Shown: one piece after another, positions 27,700-40,319 of the stretch
Numbering within the stretch: the first letter of the stretch is position 1
How the letters are laid out: each line of letters starts with the position of its first letter
Source: Octopus vulgaris
Lineage: Eukaryota
Assembly: GCA_951406725.2 (NCBI GenBank)
Contig: OX597826.1
Coordinates: 32,736,001 to 32,800,000 of the forward strand
Length of the DNA: 64,000 nt
Direction: 5' to 3'
Notes under the pieces: model-generated
What the model saw: the letters and a program-made list of their open reading frames with translations, nothing else
Told to the model about the DNA's origin: nothing
The model's database searches: none
Translations under genes and position numbers: made by a program

Positions 27700-28060
27700 A
27701 TGTTGGCAAAGATCAGTGTCTATAGGGCCGTGGTTCTCACCACTCTTCTCTACGACTCAGAGACCTGGATCACTTACCGCAGTCACATCCGTCTCCTCGA
27801 GCACTTCCACCAGCGATGTCTCCGCACCATCCTCAACATTAACTGGAGTGACTTCGTCACAAGCATTGAAGTCTTGGAGCAGGCCGAGATCCCCAGCATT
27901 GAAGCCATGCTACTGAAGTACCACCTCTGATGGGCAGGGCATGTCTCCAGAATGGAGAACCATCGCCTTCCAAAGATTGTCCTGTTTGGCAAACTCTCCA
28001 CCGGCTACCGAGTGAGAGGAGCTCCGAGGAAGCACTACAAAGACTGCCTCAACAAAACCT
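27700..28060 (+). pseudogene. RTE-clade (BovB-like) LINE ORF C-terminal fragment
   Basis: KISVYRAVVLTTLLYDSETW...LEHFHQRCLRTILNINWSDFVT...SIEAMLLKYHL*WAGHVSRMENHRLPKIVLFG...RGAPRKHYKDCL; single in-frame stop. Confidence 0.9.
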
Positions 28061-28120
28061 TTGGTGGTATGCCATGTTTGAGAAGACCTGTTAAGCCAAG
28101 TGAGATTGTAGTTGTGGCCG

Positions 28121-28649
28121 ATGCTGGTGTCAGGTCAGTGGCACTCATGCTGGTGTCAGGTCAGTGGCACTCATGCTGGTGTCAGGTCAGTGGCACTCAT
28201 GCTGGTGTCAGGTCAGTGGCACTCATGCTGGTGTCAGGTCAGTGGCACTCATGCTGGTGTCAGGTCAGTGGCACTCATGCTGGTGTCAGGTCAGTGGCAC
28301 TCATGCTGGTGTCAGGTCAGTGGCACTCATGCTGGTGTCAGGTCAGTGGCACTCATGCTGGTGTCAGGTCTGTGGCACTCATGCTGGTGTCAGGTCAGTG
28401 GCACTCATGCTGGTGTCAGGTCAGTGGCACTCATGCTGGTGTCAGGTCAGTGGCACTCATGCTGGTGTCAGGTCAGTGGCACTCATGCTGGTGTCAGGTC
28501 AGTGGCACTCATGCTGGTGTCAGGTCAGTGGCACTCATGCTGGTGTCAGGTCAGTGGCACTCATGCTGGTGTCAGGTCAGTGGCACTCATGCTGGTGTCA
28601 GGTCAGTGGCACTCATGCTGGTATCAGGTCAGTGGCACTCATGCTGGTG
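28121..28649 (+). repeat. Minisatellite, 26-bp unit ATGCTGGTGTCAGGTCAGTGGCACTC x20
   Basis: 20 full head-to-tail copies plus 9 nt; two variant bases seen (28371, 28623); lies inside a family D retroposon (28065-28840). Confidence 0.97.
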
Positions 28650-30469
28650 CCACATAAAAAGCACTCACTACACTTTTGGAGTAGTTGATATTAGGAATGG
28701 CATCCATCTGTAGAAACCATGTCAAATCAGATTAAAACCTGGTGGAGGTCCGTGGTTTACCAGTTTTCAATCAAACCATCCAACCCATGCCACTATGGAA
28801 AGCGAATTTTAAATGATGAGGATGAGGATGATGATGATTGACAGAGCATGAGAGTGATCCGAACACTCTAACCGGTGAAAATGATGAGGAAAGTATGACT
28901 CAGATGAACAAATATTAGCTGTTGAGAGATAAGCCTGAGAGATAAGTGCGTTTGTTATTCTCCTGAATGCTTTTTGTGATTCTGACCATCAATTTTCCTG
29001 CAATCATTAGTGTTGAGCTGCATAGTCAACTAATTATATTTTTGTTCAGGAGACCAGGTGGAGGGTAAACTTAGATGCAGGGGCTGATGCCTGACAGGGA
29101 TAAGTAAGATATACTGATTGCCGTTCTAAACTAAAATATGTTTCCATCTTGAAACTAAGCCATTCTCTGTAGATATACAAAGCCAAACTTTGTTGATCCA
29201 TCTTTTAAAATCTGAATCAAAAAATTTTAATTCAAATTTACAACTTTTGTGAAAACTTTTAAATGTTATAAATTATATTATATTATAAATTTCAATTAAC
29301 TCATATTATAAATTTTAATTTCAAATTATGTCATATTTTTAATTTTGACTTAAACCTATCTTGTTGAGTAGTTTAAATCCTTTTAATTAAAATCTGTTTT
29401 AAATCTTGTTAATTATCTCCTTATATCAATTAATTACTGCCTTAATTAACTAATTTCATTGGTTGGGTTTCTTTATTTTGATTTCATTTTCTGTGTCAAT
29501 CTCCCTCACTCTCTCTGTCTCACTCTCCTCCCCTCTTAGTCATTCCTTCTCTCATCTTTCTCTCTCTCTTTCTGTCTGTATGTCTCCCTTTCACTCACTC
29601 ATTCTCTCAACTTCTCTTCCTTTCTCTGTGTGTTTCCCCCTCACTCTCACATTCACTCTCTTTCTCTTATGTACTTTCTCTCTCATTCTCTTTCTTGCAC
29701 TCACTCTTCTCTCTCTAGTTCTCCTTCTCTCTGTTTCTCCTTCTCCCCTCCCACACTCTCCTACTATCCTTCTCTGTTCCTCTCTCCAGAATGTAGAACT
29801 ATAGAACATTACTCATCAGTCTTCTCGAAGCTGTCTAGAGACATGCAACCAGATGAAGATCCTCCATCAGTCACTTACCATATCTTGAACTTGAACTTAG
29901 CACAGGTAAAAAATGGTTAAGAAATACTGTACTAAGGCATCATTGTAGAATTAGATAACTCCTCTTCCATCAGTTACCATATTCTTGAACATTTTAATCC
30001 TCTGGGCTTTGACCCATTAAAATTACAATGTCTAACAGATGACTTGGCAGAAGCTCACAAGATTATCCATCATCTTTGGTCCCCTTTTTTGATTTCAAAA
30101 TTTCTACCATTTCTGGCCATGCTTTATAAAAGGAAAATGAGGAAAGACACGTTTCTTTCAGTAACATTTTTTTCACACTGAAATTGTCAAAGTATGGAGT
30201 AAACTATTTGAGGCAGTTGTTAGTTGTCAGGACATGCTTCTAAGAATCTCTGCTTCCTGAAAGTTGCCAATTCTACGTATCTGGCTGTGTACCCTTTCCT
30301 GTGGCTCTTTTATTCTTCCTTTTCATATTTCTATATTTTGGCAATCATTGCTGTCTTTATTTGATTTGTTACTACTTTTTCGCCTTCTGTTACTCTTTGC
30401 TGATAAATTATAGTGCACCTGAGCATTGCATACAGAAAGCTCATTATTATTACTATTTTTTAATATTAT

Positions 30470-30850
30470 TTTATTGTCTTTGCACAGTATCTAACGCTGG
30501 AGATGTACTACAGTATCAGCTTTTCACTACCAGCAAAGTAAAGTAACACCCCTTATTTTTTGAGCACCATCCAGACTATTTGAACGGTTCCAAGCAGTGT
30601 TGTTTTCTGCAAGTGCTCCACCCTTATTGCAACCCCTATTTGTTCCATGTATTTCTCAAGATTTTTACTTACTTTTCCCAGGCCTCCAACAATTAATGTG
30701 ACTACTACCACCTTTTTCATCAAGCACAGCTGCTTAACCTCCCAAGCTAACCTGTTGTACCTATCGACTTTTCTTTCTTCCATATAACATACCTTGTTGT
30801 CAGCTGGGCATGATGCATCTATGATCCAGCATGGTTTGCTTTCTTACTCA
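30470..30850 (-). pseudogene. R4/Dong-clade non-LTR retrotransposon RLE fragment with 3' UTR
   Basis: WIIDASCPA...EERKVDRYNRLAWEVKQL...VVTLIVGGLG...LQKTTLLGT; flanked by (ATT)n. Confidence 0.8.
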
Positions 30851-30874
30851 ATTAACACTGTTTGGTTTCTTTAC

Positions 30875-30968
<94 letters not shown>

Positions 30969-31017
30969 GTTGTTGTTGTTGTTGTTGTTGTTGTCGTCAT
31001 CATCGTCGTTGTTGTTG

Positions 31018-31067
<50 letters not shown>

Positions 31068-31074
31068 ATTATCA

Positions 31075-31512
31075 TTATTACATGTTTGGTTTTTGCTTTG
31101 TATTTGTACAAGTTGACTCTAAGTCTCACCCAGCGACCTCAAGAGACAACAAGTTAGATGTTCAAGCTGGTGTTATGACTAGGGTGCCATATTTTTGGTT
31201 TTGCACCAAGTATTGTTCTAGAGAATGACTGTGTGAACAAGAAAATTAAAAGTTTGTTCTAAAAGTAATTTGATTATAAGATGATTGAGTGATCTTAAGA
31301 TGACAGTAAAAGTTGTTTGCAGTTACGAACATTTAAAAGTATTTTGATACTGTTTACAGAATAAAATGTTTTGGGGATTATTAAGATAATATTTTTCTTA
31401 GGATATGAGAAATTCTCATGAGCACTATTTCCTGGTATCTGGGATAGGTGGCAATCAGCCCCTTTTGCAATCATTCCTAGGGCACCTATGACAACAGGTA
31501 TTATTTTAGTCT
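31075..31512 (-). pseudogene. R4/Dong-clade 3' fragment
   Basis: KTKIIPVVIGALGMIAKGADCHLSQIPGN; 3' end abuts (ATT)n at 30875-31075. Confidence 0.7.
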
Positions 31513-32031
31513 TCATCATCATCAATAATATCATCATCATCAGTATTATTATTATTATTATCATCATCATCATCATCGTCGTCATCATTATTAATTTCTT
31601 CACATTCCGAGTGCAAACCCCCACGGAGTCCCTTTGCCCTTCATCCTTTCAGGGTTGGTAAAATAAGCCACCAGTCAAATATCGAAGATGATGTGACTGA
31701 CTTTACTCCTTCCCCTAAAATTGCCGGCCTTGTACCAAAATTTCAAATGAAGGTGATGAGCTGGCAGAATTCTTAGCAGACTGGACCAAAATTCTTCAGT
31801 GCATTTTTTCCATCACTTTTAAGTTCTGACTTCGAATCCCACTGAAGTGAACTTTGTCTTCCATTCTTTGCTTTTATGATTAGCCATTCAATACTTTCAG
31901 TGGAATAATAGATTTAAGTCTCTCTGCAGCATCATCATCATCTTGCAGACAGACGAGGGAAGATGACACAGGTGAAGTTTTGAAATAACTCTCAACCTCT
32001 TTTCCTTGCAAAAATAATAAATACATTTACT

Positions 32032-32074
<43 letters not shown>

Positions 32075-32706
32075 TACACACACACACACACATTTTTGCT
32101 TTCTCTTCTTCCTGCTTTGGACATATTTATACACACACATACACATATATGAGCTTATGTATGCATGCGCGCATGCACACACACACACACACACACACAC
32201 AGGTATTTTCTATTCAGATTTATTTAGCTGAATGCCATGTGTGTGTGTGTTTCTGTATGTGTGCATGTGTGTATGTGTGCGTGTGTTTGTGCATGCGTGT
32301 GTCTATGTGTGTGTGTGTGTGTGAGCATGTGTCTGTGCATGTGTGTATATGTTCATGTGTTTGTGTGTGTGCATGTGTGTGTATGCATGTGTGTGTATGC
32401 ATGTATGTGTGCATGTGACTGTGCATGTGTATGTGTGCGTGTGTATGTGTATGTGAGTGTATGTGTGTGTGTGAAGGCATGTGGCTTAGTGCTTAGGACA
32501 TTCAGCCTATGACTGTAAGGTCCAGGGGAAGAGTATCTACTTGGACAACTATTGATTAACAGAATTAATTTATTTGTATCCTAAACTATTTTTAATTATT
32601 TGGAATATGTCAATGTTGGAGTCTTTCTGTTCTGTTCTGTCTGCCTCTTTTACCTTGAATACATAATATATTATCAATATTATTATTGTTGTTGTTATTA
32701 TTATTA

Positions 32707-32762
<56 letters not shown>

Positions 32763-32765
<3 letters not shown>

Positions 32766-34293
32766 TAGTTTTATTTTTATAGCCTACTTTCACTTCACTA
32801 CCGAGCGCAGTGTGCCTTGGGTATGTGCTGTGATTTGTTGTGATGCTCTGATGGTTATTGTATGGAAAGTGTTCTGCATAGGATGTGTGCAGTGCCTAGT
32901 AGTGCAATTTTCTGTATGTTATATGTGTTTGTAAGTCCTGGTGTTTTTGTTATGTATTTGTCTGAATATTTTTTTATCATGCCTATTGCACCTACTATGA
33001 TAGGAATTGTTTCTGTTTTTAGATTCCACATTCTGGTTACCTCTATTTCCAGGTCTTTGTATTTTGAAAGTTTCTCCATTTCTTTTAGAGACACGTTGTC
33101 ATCTGCTGGTATTGATACATCAATTAGATAGCATTTTTTTTCTTCATGATCTCTGACAAATATATCTGGTCTGTTGGCCTTAATTTCTCTATCTGTGTGT
33201 ATCGGCATATCCCAGAGTATGGTTGCTTTCTCGTTTTCTGTGACTTTTTCTGGTGTGTGCCTATACCATCTTTTTTCTGTTGTTATTCCATAATGTTGGC
33301 ATAGCTTCCAGTGTATGTAGGTTCCAACTCTGTAATGTCTGTGAATATATTCCTTCTTAGCCAGGACTGGGCAGCCAGAGATAATATGATTTATTGTTTC
33401 TTGTCCATCTCCACATATTCTGCAGTTACTTGTTATATTTCTTTTCATTAAATGTTTTTGGTAATTTCTGGTGGGGAGGCTTTGGTCTTGTGCTGCAATT
33501 AAAAATCCATCTGTCTCTGGTTTGAGTCCTGAGCTTCTCAACTATTGCTGGGATTTTTCTTTGTCTATTTCTTTTGCGTTTAGTTTAGTGCAGTATTTAC
33601 CATGAAGGGGCTTTTCTTGCCATCGTTTTATCATGGATCGTTGCTGTTCTATTTCTAGTTTGGATTTCCTTTGTTTTATAGCTTTTTTTTTTCTTCATCT
33701 TCTTCTTCTTCTTCATATTTATTAGGTGGTATGATTTCTTGTTTGTATTTGTCAGCTTCCTTAAATACTGAGAACAATTTTTTGTTTTGCTCGTGTTTTG
33801 CCGCTATTTGTATCAGTTTTCCTTCCTTTTGAAGTAGATATTTTTGCAGTCCTATGGTGGTTATTTTATAGTAGTTTTCCAGCTGTATAAGGCCTCTACC
33901 ACCTTCTATACGTTGTATCTATAGTCTTTCTATGTCAGATTTTGGATGATGCCTCCTAGATCCTGTCATTATTTTTCTTGTTTTCCTATCTATTTTGGTC
34001 AGTTCATTTAGTGTCCAGTTAAGGATATTGTAGCTGTAACTTCTAACTGAGACAGCTAAAGTGTTAATACCTATTATCTTGTTTTTAGCATTGAGCTCTG
34101 TTTTTAGTATTGATCTAACTCGTCTATAATATTCTTTTTTTATTTTCTCTTTCATTTGTGTGTGTTGTGTCTTATCTAGTTCATGGATTTCTAAGTATTT
34201 GTAAGTTTGGCTTTGGTCTAATTCTTTTATTTCATTGGTTTTATCTAGTGTGATGTTGCTACTCTTAACTAGTTTTCCTCTTTTCAGGGTTAC
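32763..34293 (-). mobile_element. 5'-truncated R4/Dong-clade non-LTR retrotransposon (RT thumb, CCHC knuckle, restriction-like endonuclease), decayed
   Basis: YYRRVRSILKTELNAKNKIIGINT; LKPETDGFLIAAQDQSLPTRNY; CRICGDGQETINHIISGC; RH; RPDI; LIDVS; EKLSKYKDL; IQKIALLGTAHIL. Stop at ~33543 and frameshift near 33685; (ATT)n on both sides. Confidence 0.93.
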
Positions 34294-34324
<31 letters not shown>

Positions 34325-34332
34325 CATTTTTA

Positions 34333-34555
34333 AGGTGGTGAGCTGGCAGAATCGTTAGCATGCTAGGCAAAATGCTTAGTGGCATTACGTAAGTCTTTAC
34401 ATTCTGAGTTCAAATCCTGTCGGTCTTGACTTAGCCTTTCATCCATTTGGGGTGTCTATGAAATAAGTACCAGTTATGCCCTGGGGTCGCTATAATCGAC
34501 TAGCCCCTCCCAACCACCAAATATCAGACCGTGTGCCTTTAGTAGAAAGGATTAT
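34333..34555 (+). mobile_element. SINE family B
   Basis: GGTGGTGAGCTGGCAGAATCGTTAGC...GCCTTTCATCC...AATAAGTACCAG. Confidence 0.8.
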
Positions 34556-34560
34556 ATTGT

Positions 34561-35053
34561 TTTTCCTTTGCCTAGTGGCTGAGGCAAAAGAGGTTTTTTG
34601 GTGGACACGGCTGAAAGGCACAAGGACAGACACATTCCTCTTTGGTAGAGCTCTCATTGACTTCTTCAAGCTTCACTTGAAAAGGAAACTGAGGACGGAG
34701 AGGGAAGTGCTGTTCTTGAGTGAGTTCATTGAAAGATGAGTGACAGTTGCGGAAATGGCAAAAGTGGATGGTACCTCTCTAAGTGTAGACCTGTGAATCG
34801 GAGAGAAGGAATTGGAGAAGGCACTTGCTCCTGGGGTTTCAGAGAAATCTCAGACAGTGGGATTCCTCAATTATCCCTAGTGGCCTTCCTGTTTGAGGAG
34901 GGCCACATCTCTATCATCTTGCTGCCCCCCACCATTTTTTTATAGACTTTCTTTTTTTTCTTAATCATTTCACTATATGTAAACCACCACACTTAATGTC
35001 TGTCTTTTTATTGTCCCTTTCATCTTTCACCCTTGTGGCAAATAAATGAAATC
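34561..35053 (+). pseudogene. Tx1/L1-like LINE ORF2 C-terminus and 3' UTR
   Basis: FLCLVAEAKEVFWWTRLKG...LIDFFKLHLKRKLRTERE...FIER* resembles the AK..IW..R...F...W end of L1/Tx1 ORF2; ends AATAAATGAAAT(CAT)n. Confidence 0.6.
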
Positions 35054-35234
35054 ATCATCATCATCATCATCATCATTATTATTATTTTTTATTTTTATTT
35101 TTATTATTATTATTAGTGTGGTACATGATGGCTTTGTTGAAATATGATCTGAATACGACTTGTGAAGGTTGGTACATGAACAGAAATAACATCATTTATA
35201 CAAGAATGTGACGAAGAAGAAGTAAGCAAGATTG

Positions 35235-35265
<31 letters not shown>

Positions 35266-35297
35266 CAACAATAATAATAATAATAATAATAATAATG

Positions 35298-35400
<103 letters not shown>

Positions 35401-35970
35401 GAAGAAGAAGAAGAAGAAGAAGAATAGTAATAAGTAAGAAAATAAGTGAAGCAATAGGAGAACAGAGTATAGGGGAAAGAATCTGCACAGTGAAATAATA
35501 ATAATGATGATGATGATGATGATGATGATAAAATTAAATGTTCAAGAAAGAAGATATAAATCTAGAAAAAGGACTATGAAATCAACAACAATAAGAACAA
35601 CAACAACAACAACTATAAGTTTTATAACATAAAAAAAATGGGTAGCAAAATTTAGAAAAAATAAATAAAAAAATTCAGTAGAGAAAGAGACTGAAGTTCA
35701 ATAACAACAAGAAGAAGACCATTTGATGTGAGATGAAACCTGTAATGTAAGATGTAGGAAACAATCAAAGAGGTGCCGATATTGGCAATGAGAAAATGGT
35801 GCTTTTGCTCTGAACTCTTGTATGATGCCTACTTCTGATTTATTGCACATTTGACACTTTGAAATTCTCTGCAACCTGACCCATTTCTTGCCATCACCAT
35901 TACTGCTGACACCTTTGGCATCACTGCTACCATCCGCAAAAAGAAAAAAAAAATTCTACAGTCCAACACC

Positions 35971-36016
<46 letters not shown>

Positions 36017-36124
36017 TCACCACTACTACTATCACCATCACCACCATCGCCCCTACTACTACTGCCATCACCACCATCGCCACTACCACCACCACCACCA
36101 CCACTGCTGCTGCTGCTGCAGCTG

Positions 36125-36161
<37 letters not shown>

Positions 36162-36735
36162 CAGTACTGCTGTTGGTAGTATACTAGCGATAACCTATCG
36201 CTATCAACCACTGCAGTTGCTTTGTGTTTCTTCTTTTTTATTTTAGGTCTAATTGACACCACCATCACCACTACCAATACCACCACAACTGCCACCACCA
36301 TCACCATGCTGTCACTCACCCACCAGTATCGTAACCATAACTTCAAAAATTACTACCACCATCAAATGTTGCTACCATTCAACAGTGCTGACGTCAGTGG
36401 TGGTGGTGATGGTGGTGGTGGTAGTGGTGCTACTACTGCTGCTGACAACGTTATTGTCATCACTATGTGTAACATTTACTACTGCGCTAGTTTTAATATA
36501 TTTTGTTCAATACTGCAATTGTAGTCAATGCCACCTTGATAAGCATTGACATCACCATTACTTCTCTTAAGGACCAACAAGAGGGGCCTTATGTGGTTGC
36601 TCATCCTGATAGACATAGTAACCAACTCTTCCCCAAAACACACAAACTTATTTATATATATAACTCCTTAATAACTTCCAAAATAACTCCTTCCATTGAA
36701 CTCTACTATTTCCCTCTATTTAACCATCTCACTTC

Positions 36736-36783
36736 GTCTCTGATGAAAGGGTATCCCCAATATCCCAGAAACAGCTGTAAGAC
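36736..36783 (+). ncRNA. Minimal type-I hammerhead ribozyme motif with canonical core
   Basis: GTCT-CTGATGA-AA-GGGTAT(ccccaa)TATCCC-A-GAAA-CAGCTG-TA-AGAC; flanks homologous to the 6750 copy. Confidence 0.75.
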
Positions 36784-37090
36784 TACCTTTCTCTTTATAA
36801 ATGTCCTAAAATTACACACAGCCTTGGTTTTGTTGTCTCATTTTATCTAACACACACACAAATATCTGTACATGTATGTACGCTAGTTTTCTGTAACTTA
36901 ATGCAGATTTATTCTGGTTAAGCATCCAAATCTTAATTTTTCCTATATATGAGAAACTAAGATAAACACAAGTATATATTATTAGTTCCTACATATGTTT
37001 CGCCATAATGGTTGCTTGCAAGGAAGAGTTTGATCTGAGTATTTAATACTAACAACTAACTAAATACTTTAATATACGTACACACACACA

Positions 37091-37165
<75 letters not shown>

Positions 37166-37166
37166 G

Positions 37167-37496
37167 AGGAGACCCCCTTTGATTATGAATGACCATGGGA
37201 TTGCACCTAGAAAGTTACCTTCTGAGGCACAAGTCCGGGCAAGGTTGTTTGTGGAAGGCGAGCAGTCGCCCATGTTTACCAGCCTCCCGACTCCACACTG
37301 CTGATGTTATCCAAGGGAAAGGCAAAGGGGCCGATACAGCTTGGCACCAGTGATGTCGCAACTCATTTCTACAGCTGAGATAGCTGGAGCAAACTGAAAT
37401 AAAGTGTCTTGCTCAAGAACACAACATGCAGCCTGGTTCGGAAATCGAACTTACAACCTCACTATCGTAAGCTCAACGCTCTAACCACTGAGCCAT
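37167..37496 (-). mobile_element. SINE family C
   Basis: Reverse-complement homolog of 10797-11142. Confidence 0.85.
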
Positions 37497-38135
37497 AACT
37501 TGCCTCTATCAGCCCAACAGCAAGTTATAAGCATGTTGAATGAAGAAACATGGCTTCTTCTTTCTCTTTTACTAGTTTGAAATATGTGTGTGTGTGTGTG
37601 TGTGTATGTGTGTGTGTGTGTGTGTGCATGTGTGTGTGCATGTGTGTTTGTTTACATTTCTGTGTTTTTCCATGATGCTCACAACAAATTGTATTGTTGC
37701 AGGTAAATGGCAACCTCGTTGGTGCCACATGAAAAACACTCAGTATCCTCTGTAAAGTAGTTGGTGCTAGGCAAGCTATCCAGCTGCAGAAACCATCTCA
37801 GAGCAGATATAGAACCTTGTTGAGCCTTCTGACTCATCTAGCCAAATCATCTAACCCATACCAGCTCAGGAAAAAAGGATTTTGAATGAAAATGATGATG
37901 ATGATGATGATGATGATCATCATCATCATCATGTTGCCACCGACATCAACAATGTTAATGTTGATGATGGTGATGATTCCAGTAATGATATTAAGTATCT
38001 ACAATAAAAACAGAATTGGAATTTTCCTCTAAGTCATGTTACCTCAACAAAATCGACATATTCCAACATAAAATAACTTCAAATATGACATTCCTCAACA
38101 AAAGATAAATCAGTGAATGAAACTACTTTCTGCCA

Positions 38136-38364
38136 TTAACCCTTTCATTACTGTATTTCTGTTGAGATGTTCTGTGTTTCTTTCAATTACTTTAGATATA
38201 ACAAAGAATTTAGTAAAATAACTTATTTATCAGTCAGCTAGTGTTAGGAACATAAATTGTGGCTAAGGTTTGGTGGAAGATTTTAATTGAAAACTTATAG
38301 AAACCAGACATTTGTACTACAGAGCCAGAAGTGGTTTCAGCCAGGTTGGTATCAAAAGGGTTAA
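38136..38364. mobile_element. piggyBac-like MITE, copy 1
   Basis: TTAA|CCCTTT...AAAGGG|TTAA termini. Confidence 0.85.
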
Positions 38365-38387
38365 GAAGTGTTTCTCTATCATATATT

Positions 38388-38601
38388 TTAACCCTTTTGT
38401 TACCATATTTCTGTTGAGATGCTCTGTGTTTCTTTCAATTAATTTTAAATATAACAAAGAATTTAGTAAAATAACTTATTTATCAGTCAGCTAGTGTTAG
38501 GAACATAAATTGGAAGATTTTAATTGAAAACTTATGAAAACAAGACATTTGTACTACAGAGCCAGAGGTGTTTTGAGCCAGGTTGGTATCAAAAGGGTTA
38601 A
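38388..38601. mobile_element. piggyBac-like MITE, copy 2
   Basis: TTAA|CCCTTTTGTTACCA...TGGTATCAAAAGGG|TTAA; partial inverted copy at ~26955-27067. Confidence 0.85.
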
Positions 38602-39704
38602 AGGTAATGACATCTTGCATGTTCATTTGTCTATTTTCTACTGTGAAAAGGTTTAATGTTATTATAAAATATTTAGTTAGTGCTAATATAGAGTATTCCG
38701 TGTTGGCATAATGTATTCGTTTAGTACTTGTATAAGTATTTAATTACTGTTAGCATCAAATACTCAGATCAAACCCTCCTTTCTGTTCCCTGTCCCGTTG
38801 TGGTGAGAAACTGGAAATCTGGGGTGTGGCTAAATGCAAGATATAGTAACATGTTGATTAGAATACCATGCTGGTTGCAACACTATACATGGTTGCAGAC
38901 ACTGCAATGAAGCATGACAAACATTAGGACAGAGACAAAAAGAAAAAAAAAAAAGAAATATTTCTCCACAAAAATAAATTCTTCCCTTGTGGGCAATAAG
39001 ATGTCTGTTTTGGCTACACAGAAATAAAATAAAACAACGTGAAGACAGAAAAATAAAATAAATTGTCGCTGATGAAATCTCAAGAAAGGCAAACAAGTTT
39101 ATTTGTGTTGATTCTCATCTTTGTAATATGTGCTACAACACAAGGAAGTTGGCTATTGATAAATTTACATAAAATAATATATCTTATATTTGGAAGTCTA
39201 GTCACAATCTTTAAAATGATGGATAACTTTCCAATGAGAATGCAAATATGCCACTATTCATTCTAACATGTGGAAAAACATCATGGTGGCATTGGGATAA
39301 ATGGAACTTAATGTCACTAAAAATTCTTCAATTTTATTCCATGCTTTTACAGAGTTTCTTCTCTATCAACATCGATTACACACATACACAAAATAAAGTT
39401 CCATTTTCCAGACATTTATTAGTTGTTATGCTTTAACTCTTTAACTTGTTTCAGTTTTAATGCTGCGGTCATGCTGGGGCACCAACATTGTAAATATACA
39501 GTAAATATAAAGGCACAGCTGTGGGGGTGTGGTTAAGCAGTTTGATTTCCAACAACATGGGTCTAAGTTCACCTTGGACAAGTGTTTTCTGCTATAGCCC
39601 TGCACTAACCAAAACCTTGTGAGTGGATTTGGTTAATGGTAACTAAAAGAAGGAAAGACCCTCATATATATATATATATGTGTGTGTGTGTACGTGTGTG
39701 TGTG

Positions 39705-39923
39705 TACAAAGAGGTGCTGGAAAGTTCCTAGCTTTGGGTAAAAGAAAATACAGGAGGATCAGTTAATTAGGATTTAATTCAACATATTCCCCTCTCAGAA
39801 CAATACACATATTGCAGCAGTCCTTCAGTTTTTCTAAGCTCTATAAAGTACTTGGAAGGTTGGGCCTCCAGCCAAGCCTTTTGTAATACCCTTAAAACCA
39901 GGAACATTTCAGCACCACATCAT
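39705..39923. mobile_element. mariner-like MITE
   Basis: TA-CAAAGAGGTGCTGGAAAGTTCCTAGCTTT vs AAAACCAGGAACATTTCAGCACC imperfect TIRs. Confidence 0.65.
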
Positions 39924-39929
39924 GTTGAA

Positions 39930-40319
39930 CCATTACACGCTTTTTTCTCTCTCAAACCTCTCTGTTGAAGAGCATAGGCTCAAAATGTCAAGGACTTTCC
40001 TATTCTTTCTGAGTGTTAAACAAATACTGCTACTTTTTGTTCCCTCATCTGTCTTTGTCTTTTGTTTTCTGTATATTTGAACAATATGTATAAATATATG
40101 CATATGTATGTAGTCAATTCAAATAAGCAAACAATTAAAAAAACAGAGAAAAAAAGAAAAAAAAGAAAGAAAATGAGTATGTGCACAAGAAATATGTTAA
40201 TTTGATGTTCAGTGAAGGGAGAGAGATGCTGTTAATTTTTCGAGCATAGCTCTTCATCGAAAAGAGAAAAGTCCAAAGAGAAAGAAGGAAAAGTCACCAA
40301 CAATCCACTAGTGGTTACA

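Noticed and set aside
28121-28649. CRISPR-like array of 26-bp repeats
   Set aside because: Units are contiguous with no unique spacers, there are no cas genes, and the context is a eukaryotic retroposon
27952-28713. 253-aa ORF with a repeated peptide as a real protein
   Set aside because: It is an RTE fragment reading through a stop-free minisatellite
32855-33541. 228-aa ORF as an intact or domesticated nuclease gene
   Set aside because: It is the 3' part of a truncated R4/Dong element with an upstream in-frame stop and frameshift
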